Shown in pieces: positions 13,386-26,019 of a stretch of 64,000 nucleotides of DNA. Every line of letters starts with the position of its first letter. Positions within the stretch are counted from its first letter, which is position 1. The translations under genes and the position numbers were made by a program. The stretch is from Somniosus microcephalus (Eukaryota). The stretch covers positions 17,484,001 to 17,548,000 of the forward strand of contig CM126217.1 in the NCBI GenBank assembly GCA_052327205.1, written 5' to 3'. The notes below the pieces were generated by a model, which was given only the letters and a program-made list of their open reading frames with translations, had not been told where the DNA came from and did not search any database.

Positions 13386-13700
13386 GGTGTCAAATTTAAT
13401 TTTGTTTCATTTTCCAATATTCTCCCCTTTTTATTTCTTCTCTCCTCTCCTGAAAGTGCTGTTCTTGCTGGGATGTCGTCTAGTTAGTTGCCTAATTTAC
13501 CTCTTCTGAATGGCCATTCTTCATGTCTTAAGTCTACACAATCCGTATTGTCAGAATATTCCACTGTGTGTGAGAGTCAGTTTATTGACTGAGCCACACG
13601 GAGCACCTGGTATAAGTTCTACGGTGGAATGGTAGAATAACATGGAAGAAAGCCAGTGATATACTAGATGATTGACTGACCAACACCTGTGTGTATATTA

Positions 13701-14959
13701 TCTTCTATATATATATAAAGCGGCTCTTCTGTCTGTCTGTCCCGATGTCTGTCTGTCCGTTCTCTATACGTTTGAAAGTTACAGAGCGTACTGACGCGCG
13801 TGTCGCCTCAAAAGAAAGCTTGCGATTCCGGACCGGTCATAAGCATATTTACGTTTCGGCCGGACAAAAACCGCGCCCGCGGTATCCGAAAAACGTTCAG
13901 CCTTCCGCTCATTAGCATCTCATTAGCGACCATGTGACGTCGAGGTCGACCAATCGGACGGCGGGTTCCTTCCTACAGTTGAGTGTCGAGTGACTCGACG
14001 ATTGACCAATCCTACGCTTCAGTGACCTGACCGGTCGACCAATCGGTGCGTGTGTGGGCGGGCCTTATCCTTCTGAACTGAGGTGAGTGGCCGCCATCTT
14101 TGATTTTTCACAATTTTTTCCCCACACTTTCAGTGTGTTAGGGAAGTAAGGTAAATATTTGAATTATGTGTTAGGGAATTAATTAACAATTTATTTGAGT
14201 TTTATATTGTGTTTAGCAACCCCCCCTCCTCCTCACCCTCGCGCAGGGGGGACTCGGGGCCTGAAGCTCAAAAAATTTCTCTCTCTCTCTCTTCTTCCCT
14301 CTCTCTCTCTCTCCTTCTCTTCCCTCTCTCTCCTTCTCCTCTTCCCTCTCTCCTCTTCCCTCTCTCTCCTTCTCCTCTTCCCTCTCTGTCTCTCTCTACT
14401 TCCCCCTCTCAGGTTTCACGGTAGCGCGGGCGGGCCGCCCGAAGTTTCCCGCTCGCTAACGGCCGCCAAGCCGCCCTTGCCTGCTCCCCGCGGGCCGCCT
14501 CACGCCGCCCGCACTGACCGCGCATGCGCCGCCCGCACTGACCGCGCATGCGCCGCCCGCACTGACCGCGCATGCGCCGCCCGCACTGACCGCGCATGCG
14601 CCGCCCGCCCGCAGCGGCCGTCCATCAGCCGCGCCATACGCGGGGGACCTCAGCTCCGGTCCGTCCCGGCCTCAGAACCGGACCTCAGGCGCTAGGCAGG
14701 GGGAGGGGCCGGAGAGAGGGACAGAGGGGAGTGGGGGAGGGGAGGGGGTGGGGGAGGGTAGGTGTGGGGGTGGGGGAGGGTAGGTGTGGGGGTGGGGGAG
14801 GGGAGGGAGGGAGGGAGGGAGACAGGGGAGGGGACGGGAGGGAGAGGAGGGGAGGGAGGGATAGGACAGGGAGAGGACATGACAGGGAGAGGGGGGACAC
14901 ACGGGCAGGGAGACCAAGCGCCCCAAAATTGCCCTCGCAACGCGGGGCTCCCCAGCTAG
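13701..14959 (+). mobile_element. Non-autonomous Helitron
   Basis: A|TC 5' end, subterminal hairpin gccc(t)cgc-aac-gcggggc (14931-14948) and CTAG|T 3' end; no TSD. Confidence 0.8.
14503..14598. repeat. 4 x 24-bp perfect tandem repeat CGCCGCCCGCACTGACCGCGCATG
   Basis: Directly visible inside the Helitron. Confidence 0.95.
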
Positions 14960-15254
14960 TATAGATATATATCGAAACATCCAGATGTTATGACAGGATA
15001 AAGTAGAACAGAATTAGAGGTAGAACGCAGCTTGCCTGAGTCGTATGATGCCTATTAACTGTGCATTTTCTATCGTCTGTACTAATCAGTTCTGTGCATT
15101 AATTCCTATTGTTTTCCATTGTCTGAAATATTTTGAATGCCAGTGAGCAGCGTTTCTTGAACCAATAAACTGGGCCAAAACACCCATGTACTACTGAGTC
15201 TCTTCTCCCAACGGCATCCTTCTACCTCTTCTCCCTCCCTGTTGGGCCTCTGGT

Positions 15255-16863
15255 TCCTCTCCTCTGGTGTACTGCTGGGTCTCTGGTTCCTCTCCCCCAG
15301 TATATTGCTGGGCCTCTCCTTTCTCCCCCAGTGTATTGCTGGGCCGCTCGTTCCTCCACCAGTGTATTGCTGGGCCTCTCCTTTCTCCCCCAGTGTATTG
15401 CTGGGCCTCTCCTTTCTCCCCCAGTGTATTGCTGGGCTGGGCCTCTCCTTTCTCCCCCAGTGTATTGCTGGGCCGCTCGTTCCTCCACCAGTGTATTGCT
15501 GGGCCTCTCCTTTCTCCCCCAGTGTATTGCTGGGCCTCTCCTTTCTCCCCCAGTGTATTGCTGGGCTGGGCCTCTCCTTTCTCCACCAGTGTATTGCTGG
15601 GCCCCTCCTTTCTCCCCCAGTGTATTGCTGGGCCTCTCCTTTCTCCCCCAGTGTATTGCTGGGCCGGGCCGCTCGTTCCTCCCCCAGTGTATTGCTGGGC
15701 CGGGCCGCTCGTTCCTCCCCCAGTGTAGTGCTGGGCCGGGCCACTCGTTTCTCCACCAGTGTATTGCATTGCTGGGCCGGGCCGCTCGTTCCTCCACCAG
15801 TGTATTGCTGGGCCGGGCCGCTCCTTTCTCCCCCCATGTATTGCTGGGCCGGGCCGCTCGTTCCTCCCCCAGTGCATTGCTGGGCCGGGCCGCTCGTTCC
15901 TCCCCCAGTGTATTGCTGGGCTGGGCCGGGCCGCTCGTTCCTCCCCCAGTGTATTGCTGGGCCGGGCCGCTCGTTTCTCCACCAGTGTATTGCTGGGCCT
16001 CTCCTTTCTCCACCAGTGTATTGCTGGGCCGCTTGTTCCTCCCCCAATGTATTGCTGGGCCGGGCCGCTCGTTCCTCCCCCAGTGTATTGCTGGGCCTCT
16101 CCTTCCTCCACCAGTGTATTGCTGCGCCGCTTGTTCCTCCCCCAATGTGTTGCTGGGCCTCTCCTTTCTCCCCCCATGTATTGCTGGGCCGGGCCGCTCG
16201 TTCCTCCACCAGTGTATTGCTGGGCCGGGCCGCTTGTTCCTCCCCCAATGTGTTGCTGGGCCTCTCCTTTCTCCCCCCATGTATTGCTGGGCCGGGCCGC
16301 TCGTTCCTCCACCAGTGTATTGCTGGGCCGGGCCGCTCGTTCCTCCACCAATGTATTGCTGGGCCGGGCCGCTCGTTCCTCCACCAATGTATTGCTGGGC
16401 CGGGCCGCTCGTTCCTCCCCCAGTGTATTGCTGGGCCGGGCCGCTCGTTCCTCCCCCAGTGTATTGCTGGGCCGGGCCGCTCGTTCCTCCCCCAGTGTAT
16501 TGCTGGGCCGGGCCGCTCGTTCCTCCCCCAGTGTATTGCTGGGCCGGGCCGCTCATTCCTCCCCCAGTGTATTGCTGGGCCGGGCCGCTCGTTCCTCCCC
16601 CAGTGTATTGCTGGGCCGGGCCGCTCGTTCCTCCCCCAGTGTATTGCTGGGCCGGGCCGCTCGTTCCTCCCCCAGTGTATTGCTGGGCTGGGCCGCTCGT
16701 TCCTCCCCCAGTGTATTGCTGGGCCTGGCCGCTCGTTCCTCCCCCAGTGTATTGCTGGGCCGGGCCGCTCGTTCCTCCACCAGTGTATTGCTGGGCCGGG
16801 CCGCTCGTTCCTCCACCAGTGTATTGCTGGGCCGGGCCGCTCGTTCCTCCACCAGTGTATTGC
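15255..16863. repeat. GC-rich minisatellite, 36-bp unit CAGTGTATTGCTGGGCCGGGCCGCTCGTTCCTCCCC with 31-bp variants
   Basis: About 1.6 kb tandem array; it accounts for all the long overlapping ORFs at 15.1-17.0 kb. Confidence 0.97.
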
Positions 16864-17030
16864 TTTGATCCTATTCCTCCGTGCATTTCATTTGTTGCTG
16901 TCAGCCCAAACCAGCTTGCTGTGTAGCTGTTGAAACTCCCAGTGAATACTGTTCCGCTAAGTTTTGGCAACGCACAGGTTTGAAATCAAGACTTTTATAC
17001 AATTTGCACATAATTTCTGCTCATTTGCAG

Positions 17031-17208
17031 GTTGTGAATATCACTAAGATCACTGGTGATGGGAACCCAGCTGAGCTGATTTACTTTGTGGAGAATCACA
17101 TTGGGGAACGGCTCGGTGCTAATGAAGCTGCCAACCTCATCAACAAGGTGGATATACAGAGAGCAGCAATTGTTCTCGGCTATCGTATACAAGGTGCACT
17201 GGCACAAC
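17031..17208 (+). CDS. KIAA1549: KIAA1549 coding exon: VVNITKITGDGNPAELIYFVENHIGERLGANEAANLINKVDIQRAAIVLGYRIQGALAQ
   Basis: tttgcag|gtt acceptor and caac|gtaagt donor; 178 nt, phase 0 to 1. Contains the family motif QRAAIxLGYRIQG. Confidence 0.95.
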
Positions 17209-19413
17209 GTAAGTCTGCCTTTACTTCATTTATGAATGTCTGAAGGATAGAGAGCTGGCTAGTGTAGAAGGTAAGGAAGCGAATTGACAGCACTGATCCA
17301 GGCAAATTATTCCGATGCAGGGTTCAGATATCACGACACACAGTTAAAAATCAGAAACTTCATGTTCCTTGATTAATCAGCTGAGCCATGCAGACCAGGT
17401 TTGACCCTTTGGGCTAGAAATTCAGTGCATTTGCGCCTCTCATTAGCGCCCCCGAGTAAGCCCTAGTAAGCCAAGGAATAATGATGGAATGTGTTTACCA
17501 TGCAGCTTATCATGTTTCAGGACATTCCAAGGCATTTCACATCCAATCAATTACTTTTTGAAGTGCATTCATTGTCGTTACATAGGCAAATAAAGCAGCT
17601 CCCTAATGCACAGCAAGATCCCACAGACTGAAAATGCAATACATGACCAGTTTTAATAATCTTGGTTGAAGGAGGAATATTGTCCAGAACATGGAGAACT
17701 CCCTGCTCTTCAAATAAGGAGATGGGGCCTCAGTTTACTGGCATTTTGAAAAGACAGCACTTCCAACAATGCTGTACTCCCTTAGTACAGCACTGAAATG
17801 TCAGCCTAGGTTATGTGCTCATATCCCATGATGGGGGGGGGTGGGCGGTTTGTCTTGGAGGTGAGAGTGCTTGCAGCTGAACCAGGCTGTAACTTTGGTT
17901 CGGGGGTGGGAGAAGGAACGGGACACAAGTTTTAGAATCATAGAATAGCACAGCACAATATCATTCTGCAATGATAGCTTCCCTTCGTGTAACTGATTGC
18001 AGATGGACATAAATCTGCAGTCAAGAGGCCCCCCGCCAGGATTTCCTCAGGATGGACCCCCAGGTCCATCAACAGAAGTTTGAAATCCCATGTTGTAAGT
18101 GTATTTGATCATATGGTTCTTTCCTTTCTGAACCTGTGAACCATCAGTCAATGCTAAAAGGAAGGCTTTGCATTTATATAGCACCTTATCACATCCTCAG
18201 GACATCCCAATACATTTTACAACCAGTGGATTACTTTTGAACTGCATTCACTGTTGTTGTGTAGACAAGTGCAGCAGCCAATTTGCACACAGCAAGGTCC
18301 CACACCAGCTGATGAGATGAATTTTTTTTGGTGGTATTGGGTGAGGGAGAAATGTTGGCCAGAACACCAGGAAAACTCACTACTCATCTTCAAATCGTGC
18401 CACAGGATATTTTACATCACCTGCGCAAGTGCCTCAGTTTATCTGAAAAAAATCAGAAAGACAGCAACCTCTAGCAGTCCAGCATTTCCTCAGTAGTGTA
18501 CTGAAGTGCCAACTTAGATTATGTCCTGGAGTGGGGCTTAGACTTTCTGTCTGAGGGGTGTGAGACCTACCATCAAACCATGCTGACACTGAAGTATGCT
18601 GTAATTCTGGTCAAAATCTCTTTAAGCTGAGGGTATTATTGAAATGCTTACACCAAATGTTTTCCAGCAACGAATCATTTCTCACTTCCCCCCCACCCCA
18701 CAACAAGCTAATGAATAATGTTGTTTTTCTTTCTATGAATTTTTTGGATGCATAATTTTCTGAAAGATGTTAATGCCAGAGAATTGGAACACAACAAACT
18801 GTGTCACTCTTAGGTCAGGTATAGCACAGTTAGATGCAGAATAAACCTCCCACTCTGCTGCCCCAACAACTGGCCTCAGCCTCAGCATTGGAAATAGTGC
18901 CCACTGCTGCAGGGTGCGACATTTATCTATTTCTCACAGCTGCCAACTTCCAGCCTCGCGGAGTTCGATTGGCAAATTGAAGCAGTCTCGCAAGTAAGGA
19001 CACAGCCTCCTGTGGTGCTTTTCGAAGTATGTTGCCGTGAGCTCCTGGCAGCACAGATCCTAGTTTAAGCCACGTGGATGTGTTGGAGACATCCACCTCG
19101 TCACCTTTCTTACCAGTTAAGTCCTGTGTATGTCACAAGATGGATAAGGAGAAAGAAGGCCACTCTAATTCGGTAAACCCTACAGCAACCAGCTGTTCCT
19201 GTGTAGTGGTGCTGGTATGACTAGTACTTTTACCAGTTGGTACCAATCAATTGTACTTGCACTGGAGGTGAGACTGAAAATGTAACAATTCTTATTTGTG
19301 TGAGCTTTAGCAGAGAATTCATATACTTTCTGAGATAGATGTGAAATAGAGGCGAAACCTTGAAGCTCAGTCTCACTCGGATACCATGATTTGTTGTGGC
19401 TTCTGTTTTGTAG

Positions 19414-19598
19414 CGGTGGAGAGTGTTGCCACCTCGTCCCCAACAGACGAGAATAAGAACCTGTGGATCATCGTGGCAGTGCTGGTGCCAGTGATTGTGG
19501 TCGTCATCATCATCGTGATCCTGTACTGGAAATTCTGCCGAACAGACAAGCTGGAGTTTCAGCCAGACACTATGAGCAATATTCAGCAGCGGCAAAAA
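19414..19598 (+). CDS. KIAA1549: KIAA1549 transmembrane exon: PVESVATSSPTDENKNLWIIVAVLVPVIVVVIIIVILYWKFCRTDKLEFQPDTMSNIQQRQK
   Basis: ttttgtag|cg acceptor and aaa|gtaagg donor; 185 nt, phase 1 to 0. A hydrophobic TM helix is followed by the conserved YWKxCRTDKLxFQPDT motif. Confidence 0.96.
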
Positions 19599-21671
19599 GT
19601 AAGGAACTCTGGATCGAAGTTGATAACAGTTTTTATTTAATTGAGAATTCGACGTGAAGGGTCAAGGCCCATAGTGTAGGACACCAGCAAGGTTGAAGAG
19701 AGTTTGAGAAGGTGCGGTAAATAAGGACGTAATGATCAGGTAACTCCTACTTTAGGATTGTATGGATAAGGAAAGACTGGGGGAAATAAGGAATTCTACA
19801 CTTCTGATGAGTAATGAATTTGAGTAAGAGATGATGTGGTAATTTAATCACAGTGGGGACGTCAGGAGGGCAGTGAATTTGGACCGAGACTGGAACAAGA
19901 GAAGGAAGTTCAGAGAGAGGCTATTCGGCCCATCTTGGATCATCCATCCAAGCAATAGAACTGCATCCAATGAAATTAAGATGAGCATGGTCGTAATGGG
20001 GAGAAAGGGAGGCCGGAGTTTAGAGGTGAGGGGGCAATCAAGCAATGAGCTTACTTGTACCCTGTTCAGGCGTGTGCGAGAGGTGGTGGAAGAACCTACC
20101 CAGAAATACTTGCCTTATCAAGTGATGCAGTGACCTCCTGGGGCCTTGGACTGTTAAGCTGAAATGAATCATTTCGAACATAGACACCCCACACTTTTGA
20201 GGAATGTTGAACTTTGGTGATGTGACTTGCGCAATGGAGGAAGGGCAGAATAAAAAATGAAACTGGTAGGAAGTAAAGGTTAACGCTGATGGAAAGTGCA
20301 GCTGTTTTTCATATAGTCGATTGACTGACTGCGTTTTCACATGGTTTGTTTCCTTACCATTGGCGAACACCATTTGCCTCAAATATCAAGTGCGGAACTT
20401 AAATGCTCAAAAGGAGAAGCAGCCCTCTGGTAGAGTGGCAGTGTATCCTGTTACCTGGCAACTCTTGGACTGTGCCAGTGATCAATAATAAAAAGGATCT
20501 TCTGTGAAAGAGCTCACATTTCCAGTTTACAGTAATTGAGCAGTGGGCCAGTCAGAGGGTTTTAAAAGTGAGGAATTCTACCTGTTTGGGAGGAGGCATT
20601 GAGCCGAGAATTAATTTTGTTGATTTGAGCTGTGAGAGCGGGAATTGTAGATAACGAGAGTTGTGGTTTTGGATTGTTTTGTTTGGTCGGCTGGGTGTCT
20701 GACGGGCACAGAATCCATTACAACGTATACTAGACTCTGAATCAAACCACTGAGCAATTTCCATAATTAGTTTCCGTTTGTTTTGTATTGAGTGCACACT
20801 TTCTCCCTATAGGGGACTGCACCATCCAATCCCAGAGAGCTTAAATACAGGTTGTCAAGAGAGCAGACTTGGGGATCTTAAGGGTGCATAGAGGTATTAC
20901 TGGAATTTAACCAGCTGAAGCCACACACAGCACTGGTAAGCTTTCTGCTGCTTATTCAACCACTCCACCCATTTGGGCATTAGGTTGCAAGTTATCTTGA
21001 GTCGAGTCAGAAGAACCCAACCTCCCAGTAATGAGTCGACCTACCCATGAAAGTGCTTGATCAATAAACAGTGCCAATAAACCTACTTGGGTATTGGATT
21101 ACTGAGAATTGACTTAATTTCCACCTATCATCAGCCGTGTCATCTTGAAGCCAACTTGACCCCCAAAGAGATCCTGCTTACCTCTTTTTTAATCCCCTAA
21201 GATGGTAGAGGTAATGATGGGCAGGTGTCCAGGACCTTAATGTGAGGATAAAACTGAACTTGTGCTGAGATTCATTTTCTCAGTTTGAAATTATAGTATT
21301 GACATATCTCAAATCATAGCCTTTATTGATGGGAGTTTGCTGCATCTTTCTGTGTAGTGAACACACAGATGCTCACTCATTCAATGTAACTGCTTAGCTG
21401 ACATCCAATGTTCTTATTCTATGGCAAGGACGCTAGTAAGTGCATTCTGAACACGGAATATCCTTCCCTCCTGTATTGTTATCTTCTGCATCTGGATGGT
21501 GATGTACCCATCATGTCCTGTTGATTGGTAAGGTTACTTTTGCTATGTTTGATGTCCCAGGAATGTTAGGCTGATAAAATAGCAAACTGTCAGTTATGAA
21601 GGTTTCATTTTTCTGTGCGTTTTATTGCCCAAGTGGCCACTTATGTGTAAGCTTAGATCATTCATTGATTC

Positions 21672-22043
21672 AAGTCCCGGTTAAGCAACGTCTCGATTTT
21701 AAAATTTTCATCCTTGTTTTCAAATCCCTCCATGGCCTTACCCCTCCCTATCTCTCTAATCTTCTCCAGCCCCACAACCTTCTGAGATATCTGCGTTTAT
21801 CTAATTCTGGCCTCTTGAGCATCCCAATTTTAATCACTCCACCATTGGCAGCCTCTCTGCATCTCTACTTCTCTCTCCTCCTTTAAGACGCTCCTTAAAA
21901 CCTACCTCTTTGACCAAGCTTTTGGTCACCTGCCCTAATATCTCCTTATGTGGCTCAGTGTCAAATATTGTTTGGTAACGCTCCTGTGAATTGCTTTGGG
22001 ACATTTTACTACGTTAAAGGCGCTATATAAATACAAGTTGTTG
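21672..22043 (+). mobile_element. L2-clade LINE 3' fragment
   Basis: PVKQRLDFKIFILVFKSLHGLTPPYL motif; same tail as 5880-6190. Confidence 0.75.
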
Positions 22044-22071
22044 TGGTGGGGGGTCGCGGTGGTGCATCAAC

Positions 22072-22213
22072 CAATGTTCCTTTTTTGGGGGGTACGCGTC
22101 CCCTTTAAAGGTCTGTGTGGCCCATTCAAAATACCGCGCATACGCGGTTTTTCGCATTGAAAAGCCGGCTGCACGGATGGTCCTGAGGGCTGCGCAGCTT
22201 AAAGGGAACATTG
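22072..22213. mobile_element. hAT-type MITE, copy 2
   Basis: TIR CAATGTTCC/GGAACATTG; TSD gcatcaac/gtatcaac. Confidence 0.75.
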
Positions 22214-23855
22214 GTATCAACCCATTCCTGATCCTGTCCTCAACTGACGTCCGCATGTATACCTTCCAACAGGAAGCACTGGATCGAGATCAGGAGCACT
22301 TCACTGATGTTTTAAAAGTTATTTCCCTGCACCCCACCTCACCCTCAGCTCGAGCGCTGAAATCAGTTGTTAAACTGTGATCTACTGACCCAAGGCAGAC
22401 CAAGAATTGAACCTGGGGCCTTCTCATATGACTCAATAGAGAACACCAATGAAGCTATAAGGGCTACTCCTTTTTGTTTCTGCACTCTTTCAACTGTGAA
22501 TTCCCTAGTATAACAGTTATGTTCAGTATAAATGTTTTAATTATGTTGCAATACTTTCAGTTCTGCTTCCTTCACAAGATCTAACAAATCCCTATTTCAA
22601 CACAGGATTTGAGAGAGACAGTTTAAAGCTTGCATTGAACAACTAAACACGAGATTGGATTTCAGGGGGGAATCATGCCTATGGCCTCATGCCCCAAACA
22701 CACACCCCACAGTCTCAGTAGAGCAAAGGTACAAGAAGAGAAGCAGTGCCTTTTGTAGGCAATTTTTGGTACTCTGAAACACTAGCTTTGGTGCTTTGAT
22801 CACTTTGGGAAAGCTTTGAGCCACTTTAAGCATGGACATTGTTTGCAGGAGGTTGAGTGGGGAGAGAGAGATTGATGCATACTGTGTAACCTTGCCATTT
22901 GGAGAGACGGCTGCTAAAAAACTGAAGAATAGCCACATGCCATTGAATCACTTGTACCTGTAGAGGATGAACACAGGAGGTACCTGAATTTTTGGCAGCT
23001 GGCTCATGCCTTAAGCTTTGATGTTGGGTATATCAGGAGGATGTGTGTTGGCTGAGGACAGATTGATGGCCCTTCACGTTTTAAAAGATTCTGGTTGAAC
23101 CTCAGAAGGTGGTGAATAATATTATTGACAGACCTGTGCTGAATGAGCCTTCCCTTTGTGAAAAGCTTCCTGAAGTAAAAGGGAAAGATGAATTGTGTCT
23201 GGTCCCATGGTTCTTCAGTACTGAGACGACAGCACCAGTGTGCTCTAGTGCTGCCCTAGCACTGACATTGGACCAGCAATCCGTTCTGCCTTGTCAGGAT
23301 AGATAAATATTATCCTTTCACAATCCTGTCTGGCAACACCAAGAATGGTAAAGTAAGTCATCAAGTAAAATGAATGAGGTCACAGTGCTATTAGTGAGAG
23401 ACACATTTATAATGAATTGCTCTAAAAATACTTCAAAATGTAAAATGAATAAACAGGAATATATTATCCTACAATCAGTGGCTTCTTTTATTTGAACTAA
23501 TCTAAGCCTGTCAAAAGCAGTGCAGGAGCAGAGGCTTCACCACACTTATTTATATTAATTAAAAGGCTTTCAGATTTTTGTACTGTCACTGTGGACCTCA
23601 AAATCACACATCAGGGCAACCAGGTTAAACTGGTCATTAACGCTGACTAATTTATCCAGCATTATACAGAAAGGATTGTGAGGAAAATCCATCCGGCCCA
23701 TCCTATTCATTAGATATTGCAGCCTCGTACACAGCCCTCCCATGCCGCTAGTAATTCTAACTCCTGGGGAGGCAGAAAAAACAATATTTGGCCAATTTCA
23801 ATTCCAGGGAAATTCCACCCCGACTCCTGAGGAAATCAAACAGGCTTCAAGAGGA

Positions 23856-24004
23856 AGGTCATCAACCTGAAACGTTCTGATGAAAGGTCATCGACCTGAA
23901 ACATTAACACTTTCTCCACAGATGCTGCCTGACCTGCTGAGTATTTCAAGCATTTTCTGTTTTTATTTCTGATTTCCAGCATCCGCAGTATTTTGCTTTT
24001 GTAA
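23856..24004 (+). mobile_element. Penelope-like element terminal (pLTR) fragment with hammerhead-type core
   Basis: CTGATGA-A-AGGTC-atc-GACCT-GAAA followed by ccacagatgctgcctgacctgctgag...; flanked by a 12-bp TSD gcttcaagagga/gcttcaggagga. Confidence 0.6.
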
Positions 24005-25266
24005 GCTTCAGGAGGAGGTTACCCGTGATACATCACTAGGCATCATTAAGCTCACATTCTCCCTCTCATTTAGCCCAATTTCTTTAAGGACCTAAGACTA
24101 CATCTCCATTAGGCGAAGACTTTAGCCCAAAGGTCTCACACTTCTTAGCCCACTTTACCTCTGATACCTTTTAATAGCCATGTCCGACAAAACACTCATC
24201 CATATCCCTCTTATATAACACTTATAACATACTTCACTTCCACAACCTCCCTAGGTCAGTTTGTCCACATGCTTACCATGCTCTTCATGAAGAATTTGTA
24301 TCTTAAATTTGCATGAATCCAATCTTACTGAAGTTTAAATCTCTGTCCTCTTCACCAGGAGCTCCTGTTAAACTGAATCTAAAAATTATGTTCAATATTA
24401 TCTATTCCGTTGAGTATCTTAAATGCTTTTGTAAGATCACCTCTTAAGTTGTCTTTTTCCAATAATGTAAGCATTCCTAGTGTCCTTACTCTATCTTCAT
24501 AGTTCAGATGTTCAATCCCATTTACTAAATCTGTTGTACTTCTTTGCAGTCACTCCAAGACAGGGCTTCCCCCATCCCCAACCTACCATGTTACAGTGCT
24601 GAAAACTGTACACAATATCAGGGAGTCAAGATCCATGCTGTCTCATCTCATGACTCCTCTTCTAATCCCCTGTAGTTGTGCAAACACAGGATGAGTGACA
24701 GCCTGCTGATCATCCTGATAATATTTTGGTCTCTTGACCCACGAAAATTGCTTAAATGGTGCATGAGTCTCAAAATCATTCACCTTCCCAATGCCAGTGT
24801 AGGCGCACTGTCAGTAATGAACCAATAGTTGTAGTTCACATTGATGTAATTCTAATCGGATTTTCTTCAGAATTGCAACAGAACCTTTAAAGCATTTAAC
24901 CATCTGGTTCATATTTTTAGTTGCCTTTAACGGTATGTAACGCTGGTGTCTGTCCAGCAAGAGTTAAATGCAAAAGATCTGCTGAAAGGTTTTCAAACAC
25001 ACAGTTATATGAACTCCCTTCTGTTAATATGGAGGATTGAATTTTCAACAGGAGATGAAACTAAAATGTATAGCCACCAGGATAAGAAGCCCATTGTACA
25101 TGGTAATGTAATCTCTTTTGATTCAATGTCGACAGTTCCTACTCTGTGTTTTTCAGTCATTTCATTGTGCAATGTGATTTATTATTCTCTACGTGCCCCT
25201 GTAAGACAGAGTTTCAACTCGGAGAATGCCTGTCGAGACTTCTGCATGCTTGATACAAGCATTTCC

Positions 25267-25722
25267 ATAGAATCTTACAATACAGAATGAGGCCATTTGG
25301 CTCTTTGAAAGAGCTATCCAATTAGTCCCACCATGCTGCACTTCCCCATAGCCCTTTAAATTTTCCTTTTCTTTTCAAGTATATATCCAATTCCCTTTTG
25401 AAAGTTTCTATTGAATCTGCCTCTACCATCGTAAAAAAAAATCTCATCTCCTCTCTGGGTTTTTGCCAATTTTCTTAAGTCTGTGTCCCCTGGTTACTGA
25501 CTATCTTGCCAGTAGAAACAGTTTCTCCTTATATTTACTATATGGGAACCCTTCATAATTTTGAACACCTCTACCAAATCTCCCCTTAACCGACTCTGTT
25601 GTAAGGAGAACAACCCCAGCTTCTCTGATCTCTCCACGTAACTGAGGTCCCTCATCCCTGGTACCATTCGGTTAAATCTCCTCTGCACCCTCTCCAAGGC
25701 CTTGACATCCTTCCTCGGGTGT
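25267..25722 (-). mobile_element. CR1 LINE 3' fragment
   Basis: ORF KDVKALERVQRRF...RLRGDLVEVFKIMKG. Confidence 0.85.
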
Positions 25723-26019
25723 ACTCCTACATTTGATTCCACCACAAAGTGCACTGCTCCCAAACTGAAGTCCGCAAGGTCATCAGAGTTCTGTACATCT
25801 GTCATTGGGTTCCTGTATTTGTTGACTTACTAGCATGTTATTTCTGTTACTGTGTAATAATATACGTTTCATGCAGTAATAGCGCCATTTTCCTTTGGGT
25901 AGCTGGCGCTGTTTTTTGGAAGTTAGGGCAGGCTGTCCCTGGGAGTTTATCTGTATTTACAGATGCCCCGGGAGTGCATCAGTAATTGCAGATTGTCCTC
26001 AGGAGTGTGTCAATAATTG

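Noticed and set aside
14195-14980. Low-complexity ORFs and an apparent gene-start CpG island
   Set aside because: They lie wholly within Helitron termini and the ORFs are simple-sequence translations; the promoter-like aspect is reported as a finding instead.
15106-16970. ORFs of 369-582 aa in all six frames
   Set aside because: They are translations of a stop-free 36/31-bp minisatellite within an intron, with no non-repetitive domain.
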